Shown: positions 1-12,000 of the stretch, piece by piece
How the letters are laid out: each line of letters starts with the position of its first letter
How positions within the stretch are numbered: the stretch's first letter is position 1
DNA from: Antedon mediterranea
Taxonomy: Eukaryota > Animalia > Echinodermata
Reading direction: 5' to 3'
Assembly: GCF_964355755.1 (NCBI RefSeq)
Contig: NC_092672.1
Location: forward strand, 11,718,001-11,782,000
Length of the DNA: 64,000 bases
Program-made: the position numbers and the translations under genes
The notes under the pieces: generated by a model
Databases searched by the model: none
The model's input: the letters and a program-made list of their open reading frames with translations, nothing else
What the model was told of the DNA's origin: nothing

Positions 1-616
1 TTTTTTCCGTGCAAGGGTTATATTTTATGGCAATATAAATAAGGATACTTTTAAGGGTATTACGCTTGTCAGAGAGTATTGCGTTCCGATGTTCGGTAAA
101 TGACTTTCGGTAAACGGCGCACGATTCATCACTAAATGTACTTGATGTCTTGCATACAGATATTGCAAGGACTTTGTTTCATGACACTATATATTGCCAC
201 TGTTAAATTAATATTGCTATTTTAATATTCGATTATTGTTTTGTTATAATAATACTAATTTATAATAACACGAACACAGATTAATTGTAAAATCTCTAAT
301 AGTTATAGTAAAGATTATTGATGACTGTGAATATAATTGTAAAACAAAATGAAATTAAATAAAAATAAGATTCCATTATCATCTTGTTAATTATAGGTAT
401 GTTGTTAAGTTGTCATCAACATATTTCACATCAATAATTCGAGAAAAAAAAAACAAACAAAAACAGAAAACCCTCCTTATCAATCAATCAATCAATCACG
501 CCTCCACCCTATTTTATCTACAACCTTAAGTACTATATCAATTCCCACATTTCTTCCGAATTACTTGAGTATGCATAATTATTGTTTATGTTTTTTTTTT
601 CTATTTGTTCAAATAG

Positions 617-1048
617 TCAACAAGAAAGCAATCATAAAAGAGTTGCAATCTCAGCCAGGAGTAAAAAGAGAAAAAGAACCAAGAATCGTCTTGTAGTTTT
701 CACGTACGTACGTAATTAGTAAAAATAATAAAAAAGAGTGGTCCCGAATTGGGATTGGGATTGAATGAAGTCTTCCGTGACCACATATATATAGTGGTTT
801 AAATGTGGTAAAGATCCGTCTTGTAGTTTTAACGTACGGCCGAAGTAAAATAATAAAAAGTGGCCCAGAATTGGGATCCTGGTCCGGATTGCCTCCAAAA
901 AGTAATAGTGTTGTCCGTGACCATATATCTATTTCTGGTCTTAATTTGGAAATGATCTGGCAATACCTTTTTGAGTAATCTTTCTAACTAACAGATATAG
1001 AAAGAGAGAAACCACCGACTAACGTCATGCCGATGGCTACTATTAAAT
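617..1048 (+). mobile_element. Non-autonomous repeat with internal ~130-150 bp tandem subunits (Helentron/HINE-like)
   Basis: Two subunits (cgtcttgtagtttt..cgtacg..gtaaaa..aaaagtggNcc.gaattgggat..tccgtgacca.atat) at ~688-817 and ~818-960; homologous to 46618-46845. Boundaries approximate. Confidence 0.55.
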
Positions 1049-1222
1049 TAAACTGACTTCTGGTTGCATCAATCTTAGTCTTCGATCGACTCGAGAGCGG
1101 CTAACCGCTCGTGATCGGTCAGACATTGTGAGGAGTCTTTGATGTTAGGCGTAGCATTGAAACCATGATAAATTATTTGCAAGTGATATAAAGCAATGAG
1201 GGGTTTAAAAAAAAACCAGGCA

Positions 1223-1225
<3 letters not shown>

Positions 1226-1299
<74 letters not shown>
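1226..1299. repeat. (TA)n microsatellite
   Basis: Pure dinucleotide run. Confidence 0.98.
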
Positions 1300-1306
<7 letters not shown>

Positions 1307-1450
1307 TGCGGCCAGCTACATGCTGGTCGTACGAAACAAATTTGTAGTGATTAAAACAATGAAGTAACCAAGTTTTCTGCTGTTATTTTATTTATTTATG
1401 CTCTACCTTGGTATTGAGCACTCTATCCAAACGGTCTGAAAATCTCAACC

Positions 1451-1551
<101 letters not shown>

Positions 1552-4500
1552 ATTGGTTAGAATGATAATGGTGCCTAATATGTAAATCTCTTTCTCTGTT
1601 AAATTCCATTTTGTGAAAGTCCCAACGGTACACTTGAATTGGCGAGATTACCGTTTGACAATAATCCGTATTGATCATATTTAGTTTAATGTCAAGCTTC
1701 GTTTGTTTCAAAACTTAACGCATGGCTGCTTCTATTAAAGTTTGAATTATAACTTATTTGCTATTACAGAACGATAATATTAATAAAATACGTTTGCATC
1801 TCTATATTGATTTATGCTTTAATTAAAGACGATTATTTAGTAGTATTAGCCATATTGTATAAAATCATTGCTATTTTTTATCTGAAAAGTATTATAGCCT
1901 ACAACAATAATTGCTATTAAATTTCCATTCAATACTGTTTGCAACATTCAAATAATTATTTATAGTAGTCATGATTGGTATCACATTTTCTTAGTATCTA
2001 CTTAGATCAATTGAACCATGAGTTCGATATACTTTTTCCTATTTTTAATGATTCAATTGCACTCTAATTTAAAACAAGTTTAGTTTGTCTTTTTTATGTT
2101 GTCAATAACCAATCGGCGTTTCAATTTTTGTCTGTCAACTAGTATATTATTTTAGGTATTTCAGCTTTGTATGAACCATGTTTTATCTGTTACCATCATT
2201 CCAAATCTAAATGCCGTCTAGAGCCTTAACTTAGCGATGCGAAAACCAACCTAGCGTGTGCTAGCCAAAATCAAGGTTTGGCATTTCAATGACTATTGAC
2301 CTCGGCTTCGATAATGAGTAGTCTAAAGATTGAACCAAAGGATTAATTGAATAGAAGTTTATTTCATAGAACATTAGTAATCATAAAATGTTATACCGCA
2401 CACTTTTATGAAACCATAATCGTTCATTAGACGTGTTTATGCTAAGCTTCATTGTTTTATAGTTCAGTAATGATTCGTGTAATTAACTATATTCCTCCTA
2501 ATTGGTAAAATAAACGTGTCGTCATGAATGGATCATGGATGCAGGCACAATTGAACGTATGATGCTCTGCACCTGCCAAAGCCACCGTATCCCCTGGGTG
2601 TAAACTCTGCCAACGTTTCAACATACATTGTAGCACGGTTTTTAGTTTGTAAATTTTATATAAAATTTATATCAGATCCAACCAATATCAGAATGATTTA
2701 AAATTATTTAAAAAAATCATTGGAATGTACAAATATATTTTAATAGTGCTAACTTATTTATAAATTGATGTAATCCTCCGATTGATATGTTTAGGTCTTT
2801 ATTGTTATTGTGAACAATTACTATTTTTATTTTATTTTATTGTATAATTTTCGTATGGGTGATATGGATCGCTGTTATATGAAAACAACAAATATATCTA
2901 TAAAGGAAAAGAAAATGTCTTTTCTGTGTTTACCCACCATATTGAATTGAATTGAATTGATACAATAAAAACAATATTTTTGGAAAACATATGAACAAAC
3001 CGTATTGGTCATATTCGTGTCATCTATTTTTTTTTTGCATAGCAAGCCATTGCATGAATACTGTAATTTTAATTTTTTAAATTAAAAAATAAATTATTAT
3101 TATTACTGTTGGTAATGCCAAATGTAATGTATAAACAATAATATGTCAATGATCATGACATCAAATAATGATAATCACTAATGCTTTGAGACAAATCTAC
3201 AACCGAGGCAATGTTCGCTAATGCACCATGCATAAAAACACGTGACTGTACATTAATCCATTCAGATCTTATCTTTCGTCAAATGCGAATTTTCTCTTTC
3301 GATGCTTCGAGATAGATTTTTTGCATAATCCTTTTGCATTTATGCCACTACTTTACTATAAATCAATTGACAACAGAATACGATAGTTAGTGGGCTGGGT
3401 ATTTTATTCCAAGAGGCACAGAATATTAAACAGTTCAAACAGTATACCGTACACTATTTTGTAATACTGTACTAAGAATATTGCATATTTCATATTTATA
3501 ACTTTTCAAAACATTGTTTCATGAATATTATAGAAGTCTAGGTCTATAGAAAGGTGACATTAAATATATTCATTTATTACAAAAATATATTGCTAATAGT
3601 GTTTCCAAACAGATCTGTTATTAGGCCCATCGTGTACAAATGTTGTTATAGTACAAATCGTGGTTGTGAATAAAACATGAAGAAATACATTTTTGTCTGA
3701 AATTATAATATACAACACTCGAGTCTAAATCAATTGTAATTATACATCGACTCGTTCCATCCGCCATTTATTTTACAGAGTTGTGCAAATCGAAGAAGAA
3801 GTTTATCTCGACATGTGTTTTCAAGTTCACTGATAACATGAACGCGTTTCACAATTTGTATATGTGGGAGCATCAACTACATGATCTAATGAGTACATCA
3901 TTAAGCATTGTAGATTGTAAAGCTTTGTTTCAGAAAAGAAAAACTACAACGAAAAAGTGTAAGAACATCAGTAGCAATTATAACCAAAATATTGTAATAG
4001 GTTTAAGACTCGTGTTGAATATTAAATAGTTTATGAACATATAAACTGATCCCATGGAATTCATACCTGCGGCAAAACAGTCACTTTTTGTATAATAGGA
4101 TTTGAACACTAATCAAAGCCAACTGATATAACCTAATGAAATTAATAAAAGAAGTTGCTCACATCTGGTATTAGAATAGTTTAAAGTTTCACAAATCCAT
4201 GTACTATATATATTAATGATACAAGTATTTCTATAATTTGAGAATACGTTATTCAAAGAATAATAAATGAAATAACTCGCAATTCAATTAAGTTCGTGAA
4301 TTTGTGCAAAACAACAATATTTCCTTTTAAATCCGAAACAAAAGTAGTTCGATCCTCAACTTAATAATGTTATCAAAATAATAATGTCTGCAAACGGTGG
4401 AACAATTAGTATCATTAAATAAATATTGCACGTCGAAGAAAAATCCGATTCTGCCGCTGTCGCTAGATAGATTCTAACCGACTATATCATCTAGAAAAGA

Positions 4501-5375
4501 ACAAAAACCACTAAAACTGATTTAATTAATTCACTGGAATTTTGAATTAGAAATAATCCTAAGAATCCAAGGGTCTAATAATCATAAGAATCCAGGGGTC
4601 AACACGAGCTCTATCGTATACGGTACACATCAGTTTATTTGCCGAGCTATAATAAATCTAACAACTTAATTGTTAATTTAAGTAAAAGTAGAGCAATCTT
4701 TAAAATAATTGTAGTCTTTGATTGCCTATGTAATTACTCTCTGAAGCAATATTCTTTCCAATTTGTCTCCGGATCATCAAACAAAATATACATAACCGAA
4801 GTAAAATGCGTGTAACGTGTTTATTGGTCTGCATCAGTTGCTTTTTTTTACTCGGCTTTTATTTTAAAGATGATATATTGCTTGGATTTGTTGATATGGT
4901 TCACCTCCAATTATCAGTCTATTAATGATTTCATTAGACTAAGCTAAAGATTTATTTAGTAGAACGAATGGATATAAATAATTCCTGATAATAAATTCTG
5001 ATATCTCTATTTCGAGCAACTTCGTTTTTCTATAAACCTACGATGCAGCACGTTTAATATTTTTATTGTTATGATGCCATGTTAATCATTTGTTCATTGC
5101 TCATCTTTTTGTAGAAATAAACACCAATTCAAGAAATTTAAATAATTCTATATTAGATTGAATGTAGGCTTACACGCTTTTTTGAACGGAAATTTAGTAA
5201 TAATTATATAAAGAGGGTAAATGTTATTCAAGATTCAATATATTTTACCAGTCCAATTTAAAATAGAAATTAATTTTGCTTGGCATAATTAAAACAATAA
5301 ATCAACAAGGCAAAATACATAAAATTGCAAAATGCAATGTAAAAATATTATTATTTATATTATAAAATAAAATAT

Positions 5376-5546
5376 GTGAGAGTGAGAAAAAGTCGCCCAA
5401 CCGAGATTCGAACCCGGAACCTTCTGCAGATGTCCTAACCATTTGACCACTGGGGCTTTCATGGTATTGTTCGAACCAGATTAGATGGCGACTCTTCAAC
5501 ATTCTCGGCGTGGTACGGTGGAATAGCACTAGTCCCTCAATTGTTG
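5376..5546 (-). mobile_element. tRNA-containing interspersed repeat (family A), copy with deleted anticodon loop
   Basis: Minus strand reads acaattgagggactagtgctattccaccgtacc...aacaataccatgaaagccccAGTGGTCAAATGGttaggacatctgcagaaggttccggGTTCGAATCtcggttgggcgactttttctc (A and B boxes); matches 39217-39430 and 63192-63355. Confidence 0.8.
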
Positions 5547-5623
5547 TTTCAGAATGTATACGAACTAGTTTCACAAGTACTGTAGTATTTAAACTTCATT
5601 TCACCGTGGTTGAAAATACAGAA

Positions 5624-5793
5624 CAGTGTGACGAATCTAGTTAATACAGCGTATATTATAACATTGCTTGCATGCAGCTGAAATATACATATTGATTCGA
5701 AAAAAAAACCAGTGTGATGAATCTAGTTAATAAAGCGTATGTATATTGCTTGCATGCAGCTGAAGTCAACATATTGATTCTGAAAAAAAAAAA
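5624..5793. repeat. Tandem duplication, 2 x ~86 bp
   Basis: cagtgtga.gaatctagttaata.agcgtat...attgcttgcatgcagctgaa...acatattgattc.gaaaaaaaa occurs twice head-to-tail. Confidence 0.9.
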
Positions 5794-7360
5794 TAACTCT
5801 ATGTTTGAATAATTAAAAAATGGTATTCATTGAGCTAATAGATAGCTTAACCAAACAAAAAGAAAAAAGAAACTCACACACTTTTAGGGCATTTTGAAAA
5901 TGTCAAATTTAATAAGCTATTACATTAGTAAGTAATTATGATGTATTATTTTGATAAATTGATATTTTCAAGTTATGAAATGAAATATGTATAATTTATT
6001 CTGTGTACTATAGTATGTATCTTTTTTAAATATTTAATCTATGTTTTATATATGTTATATCTATTTTTATGATAGAAAATAAATAATAAAATAAATGAAT
6101 CTACTTTTAATGTTTACTTACATTTGTTTTACTTTTTTTTTAATATTTTCCTCGTAAATTTGTTTCTTTCTTGTTGTTAGGTGTTCATCATGTCAGCCTC
6201 GGCTGTTTTGAGTAACTCTTATTAAACATAAGAGTTTACTAAAAAATATATAACATTTTGTATAATTTTGTATTGATTTTAAGAGGGCTTTTTCAAGTCA
6301 GCTGTACTGCATTAAGTGAAACAAAGTGACACTGAAACAAATAACTAAATATCAACAACTTTTCTATCTAAAAATTATGTAATTGGTTTATATTTATAAT
6401 AATATCTGATGGCTTGCAATTCATAAATAATAGCTCTCTCGTAGTGAATATTTTATGGATTATTAATTATGGTAATGGTTTTTGTTAGATTTATGGTATG
6501 ATTGTACAATCATGTTGTCATTACGGAATATGTATACTGTCACGATTCAACGCCTCACGATTTTGCGTGTAAATATAGTTTGTGAGTTATATTAAATTGA
6601 ATAATGAGTTAATATTAAAAAATAGATAATTTATGAAACCTTAAAATAATATGTATTTCCTTAACGTAGGCCTATTTTTTTCTTAATGTCCATTAAATCT
6701 TAATAATAATATTGTTATTATAGAGTTTGGCATAATTATACATTTATACTTTTAATTGTTTGTATGCGGTTACTCACTATTCAAAGACATTAAAATAATT
6801 CATATACAAATTCTGAATTACAATTGTAGCTGCAATATAAAAACGTTTCGATAAATACCTTTAGAACACTAAACATTATCGTAAATACATAAAAATCTTT
6901 TCTTTATTAACAATATACAATAAACATATTAGCACAAGCTAGTACCACGAACTGTATTCATACAAACGTAACAATGTTTCAAAAGCTTTAAAAGTCAATT
7001 AATGACACGTGAAAACAACGGTTGAAGTCAATAGGATTTGTTTTTATAAGAGTAGAGGAATATTAAATCCCATAATTGCCACTTCAAGTCCAATTAAACG
7101 GTCTCCATTGAAAGCTCCGAGCCAGACAAAGTAAACGTGTATCGAATATACATACCCACTATAATATTAATTTGTGTTTATGTGTAGTTCGCATCGGCTT
7201 GATCTAAATTATAAATGCAATACAACATTATTAATTAAATGCAAAATATAGTTATCGATAAAACATAATATCATTTGTTCTTTGATACTAAACATAAATG
7301 CCAGTTGTTTCAGAGTGATTCGTCTTCAACTGTCGTTTTGGTTGAGTACCCGCATACACA

Positions 7361-7647
7361 CACGTGACTTGGCACGGAGTATTATTATTCTCAAAGAAAA
7401 GAAACTCAATTTCATACGAGCGTGGCCACCTAAAAACACACGTACTTTGGTTACTGATGACAACGTTATACATTTAGTTACAAGTGATCGTATAAAGAGA
7501 GTGCGGTACGCAATAGTGGTTATTATAATGTAAGACAGTAAGTTTCTATATAAAGTTGTTTGATGTATGGAATATAATGAATTGTTAATTTTGTCAACCA
7601 TATGATTGTCCGGTTTTTCAGCTTTGATATTTTATTTCATGAAACAG
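7361..7647 (+). promoter_or_regulatory. Putative promoter and 5'UTR intron of Ig gene 1
   Basis: CACGTGAC E-box 7361-7368, TATAAAG 7491-7497, GTAAGT donor-like site 7538-7543, T-rich tract and CAG acceptor ending 7647, all upstream of ATG 7687. Motif-level evidence only. Confidence 0.3.
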
Positions 7648-7686
7648 AATAAATGTTTTAGCAGCTGGAAATACAAATTAAAACAA

Positions 7687-9027
7687 ATGGATCTGTATGT
7701 CGCCTTGTTTGCGTTTAATGTCTTGTTAATTCGATATTCAGAGTGCGGTGCAAAAACTAATATTTATGACGTCCGAGATGATGTTACAATAAGAGAAGGA
7801 AAACAAACATTTTTCTCTTGTACGGTTGAACATTTTGATTCCAATCGTCATGTAGTAAGATGGTTGGATGACAATCTTCAAATACTGTCAAAAGCTGATC
7901 GTTTTGACATAGACGGTGCCGTTGTTAATGATGGTGGTGACTTTAGATCTACATTCACAATATCGGATGTTCGCCGGACAGATGCAAGAAGCTATACATG
8001 TCAGGTTTATGATGTAATAAACAATGAAGAAGTTAGTGTTTCTAAACCTATACAACTTTATGTTCTCGAAATTCCTAATGAGCGTTACCCGATATGTGAT
8101 AAGAGTTCGATATTCGAAGAAGGTGTACCAGTGGAAATAACTTGTTTGTCTGAAAAAACAGACCCAAAAGCCAAACTTACGTGGAGTAAGAATGGAGAGG
8201 AGTTAACATCTAACATAAATGAGGGCACAAACAATGATGAGCAAGTTCAGACATATACTTTTACGCCAACGTCGAGCGATGACGAGGCGAGCTTTCATTG
8301 CAGCCTAAAGACTGAAGCTGATGTATCTTTACAACGGAATTGCACTTTGCATCACATAAGAGTACGATTCAAGCCGAAAGTTACTGTTATGGGTGAAACA
8401 AGTTTTGTTGGTAAAGAATCTGTATTTATATGTCATATAACAGCTTCAAACCCACCGGTAGATACATATAAATGGACAACACACCCGTTTATACCGTCGT
8501 ATCGTTACCAAGCAGGCGATCACACATTTAGATTATTTAAACCGGAACTTTCTGACAATGGTACACGAATTTCCTGCTCTGCAACTAATAGCGTCGGAAA
8601 GACGTTTAATTCAACGATAATTAATGTCAAAGAGAGATCCATACAACCAATTCTACCAACTACAGGTACTCAGACAGATCCAAACGGCAATAGGCAAAGT
8701 GGTACAGAAAAAAGTCTATCTTACATTGTATTCATATCAATCGGAGTCGTATTATGTTTGCTGATAATTATGTTAATACCAATTTTTTATATTCAGTGTT
8801 GTAAAAACTCGTGGGATTTCCTTGGACGAGAGATTGTTCAACCTGACGTTTACTTTGAGCCAAAGGATCGTATTCTACCACAGCTGCCAGAAGGCGATGA
8901 GAACGTTCGCTGGATGCGATCTATCGGTGTACAGGTACCGCAAGATGCTGAACTTGCGTATATCTACCACGAGATTAGGGAAAACCAAAGATCTGGAAGT
9001 AGTAATTCATCATGCACAAGACTTTAA
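7687..9027 (+). CDS. Type I transmembrane Ig-superfamily protein with 3 Ig domains (nectin/CADM/kirre-like architecture), single coding exon
   Basis: Within ORF 7606-9027. ATG 7687 gives signal peptide MDLYVALFAFNVLLIRYSECG. Ig motifs: FSC..VRW..DARSYTC; ITC..LTWSKNG..DDEASFHC; FIC..YKW..DNGTRISCSATNSVG. TM YIVFISIGVVLCLLIIMLIPIFYI, then a cytoplasmic tail ending SCTRL. Paralogous to 60750-62090. Confidence 0.93.
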   Translation: MDLYVALFAFNVLLIRYSECGAKTNIYDVRDDVTIREGKQTFFSCTVEHFDSNRHVVRWLDDNLQILSKADRFDIDGAVVNDGGDFRSTFTISDVRRTDARSYTCQVYDVINNEEVSVSKPIQLYVLEIPNERYPICDKSSIFEEGVPVEITCLSEKTDPKAKLTWSKNGEELTSNINEGTNNDEQVQTYTFTPTSSDDEASFHCSLKTEADVSLQRNCTLHHIRVRFKPKVTVMGETSFVGKESVFICHITASNPPVDTYKWTTHPFIPSYRYQAGDHTFRLFKPELSDNGTRISCSATNSVGKTFNSTIINVKERSIQPILPTTGTQTDPNGNRQSGTEKSLSYIVFISIGVVLCLLIIMLIPIFYIQCCKNSWDFLGREIVQPDVYFEPKDRILPQLPEGDENVRWMRSIGVQVPQDAELAYIYHEIRENQRSGSSNSSCTRL

Positions 9028-12000
9028 ACCGTTGTTGTTTTAAAAGGATAAAAAAGTGTAATCAGGTATTTATGGGAACTAGAGTTTAATACAGCAAATT
9101 ATTAAATTTATACTACCGGGTTATGATAATCGACTATTTTAATCACAAATCTGAACAAAAATAATATAGCTCGTTTTGATAATAAACAATGTCATCAGGA
9201 AGGTGACCAAATGCAATTAATATCGACACATATTCCATCAAGATCGTGCAATTGTAAACCTTGTGTATGAATTGCATGTGTACAACCATTGACCAATAAC
9301 ATGATGTATAGAAAGCATCGTGTAATTCATACTGGTGCTGAATTATTATTATGAAACATGATGTGCTATGTGTTTAAGCATAACGAAAATAGTGAACTTA
9401 CAGAACGCGTATTTGATGACATTCCTTTTATGTTTTTTTTTGTTCCTCCTTTCTGTACTAACCAAACATATAGAGCGAAATATTAATATAAACTAACAAA
9501 CAGTACAGAAAATAAGGAAACAAAAACGTTTGACAGCCAATTTGGTCAATAGAACAAAAAACAAAACAACGCATGAGTAAAGTAAGTACGTTTTATATCT
9601 GGCGCCTTAAGTGGATCTTAGTGTTCAAATCGTGATTTCTTGAGTGCAACGGTGTAAATGATACTGTAAAGTGATCATATTTTGCCGAATGAAATCATTT
9701 GTATCATTGTACAAATATTAAACATTCATCATTGTTTGTATAACACACTAAAATATTCAAAGAGTCAGCACTTCTTTAGATGCGGCGTAGAGTAGAACAA
9801 TTATAGACGGCATGTTGATTACCAAACGGACACATTTTGTAACAAGAATGAACGCACATAACGACATTTAACAGGCATATAATGATATTGAACTCGCATA
9901 TAACGAAATTGCACTCTTGATGACGTAAGAGTTCAATGGATTAGTTATTGATATCATGTGACCGACAATCCTGCAATCAAACGACACGAGTCTACTCAGG
10001 TGTGTTATAAAGATAATAAATAGTTACATTGTAACGAAATATTCGTTCCCTTGTCAAGGATGACGCAGAGGTTTTTTTTGGGTTTCCTAAAGTAGACGCA
10101 ATTTTAATAAAAATATTTAATTTTTAATTTAAGTAAAATAAAACTGTTCAACAACCACGTTTTATGCGTTATTCCGATCCATCCTCATGGTATGTGGTAC
10201 ATTGCACATTGTAGGTTGTTGTAGAAATGTCCCGTGTGTCGTCTATAACGGTTATACTCACAGCCGCCGAATCCCAAGCGTCGTACTTCAACATTCAACG
10301 TATAGTAGTGTTTTTATGTTGTGATTGGATACAGTAATTTTATAAAAGATCTGCGCAGCTCTATCAATTACTCAAATATTCTAATTAAGAACAGTAGGTG
10401 TATAACATTATTAATAATTGTTCAGAATAGACAGAAATCAACAATTTTTTATTGAACAATTACGTATAGTAAATACTCTAAGCACTGTGGCAATTCTGAT
10501 GTGTTATCAGTGGAAATGTGCTTAAACATTTCTTGTTATATAACATTTAAATCACTTTCACACTGCAACATCACTTGTTGTTACTAGGAATAGCAATTTA
10601 ATAATTAACATGGGTATGAATATCAATATATTCATCATTTAGATATGTAAATTTACAATATTTTCAATTGATTTAGATCGTCCACATATATATTGATAAA
10701 GTAATTATTTGCTTTACTTATTTATTTATTTTTTAAGGTGTCATTTTGAATTAAAAAAGCATTTTGTAAAGAGTACCAAATAAAGATTTTTATGTTAAAT
10801 GAGTTTCAAGCGTTTATATGCATTGACGCATTTCATATTTACGTTTGATAATATTATTATATCAATGTTTTTAAAGTTACTAAACTACTTGACATTCAAA
10901 CCCTTCGGTGATTTTATCATAAACCAAAGTATTATTCATTAATTTATTACATGAGCATTGTATTATTATCAAGCAGAAATGTCTCTTCACATAGTAGTCA
11001 CCTTTTACCCCTATCCCCTATGGTATCATGTCTAGATACACGGTGTGTCAGTTTCTTGTTTGCTGACTACAACCTTTCCATCACACATGGTCCACTGTTT
11101 ACATACATTTACATAAAGTATTCCATTACCTTTTCCTCAAAACTGTTCTGGAAGGAAGATGTTTTGCTGAATGGTTATTGTTTTAGCTTCATAATCAGTG
11201 AAGTATTCGAACCTGACGATGTGTTTTTTAATCTTCATAAAAAAACGAGAAATATTATTACGTGTTTTAGGTGTGTTGCAATTTACACATGTGTAATATG
11301 GATGACATTACATGAATAGTATAACGGGTTAATGGTGTTGTTTGGTGGTGTAACACAGAGTGAAACGGTCTCTGCATGGTGTTGCGCTCCTAGAGGGTCC
11401 TCCAACGCTGGGTAGTTGCATTGAGGCTTCTCTTATTCTGAGGCCCCGTAAGCTCTAGGGCCCCACTAGTAAGTGCTTAATAGCGTACGCTTGTTGTTGA
11501 CATGACACCCCACGAGATGGATTAGTATAATACATTGGATATATAAACATATTTATAAATATATTTAGTATTGAAATAGGCTCATAGCTAGTAAATATCT
11601 CTCATCAGGGACGAGTTCCTATCTCTGTTTTTTGTATTCATAAAAGAAAATACCTCCGGTCTTAAGCGACATACGTCATTTATATTATCACTCGAAGGCT
11701 AACATATAATAACTATTTATTGATGTCCTTTAAATCTATCAGTTTTATTCCTACCCTTTTTTATGTTTTATTGTGTAATAATTTCTTCAGGCAAATAAAT
11801 CACCAGTTTAAAAACAATGCTGAATATTTAATGTCTATCCTTTATGTTTTTGCCTATACTTTTTAACATGTTCTTACAGACTGATCTACCTTGAACCTAT
11901 CTGTTATAAACATGGGTAATACATGCTGTAGGGTGTGTTGGATTTTTGTCACTTCTTATTCTATGAAAATAATTCACTCATCACAGATTGTACTGATATA

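Noticed and set aside
7606-7686. ORF-track N-terminal extensions of both Ig genes (also 60708-60749)
   Set aside because: Non-ATG starts that overlap splice-acceptor tracts; the downstream ATGs give proper signal peptides
8662-8679. TGTQTD, a canonical LC8 motif in gene 1
   Set aside because: Lies in the extracellular stalk before the TM helix and is absent from gene 2
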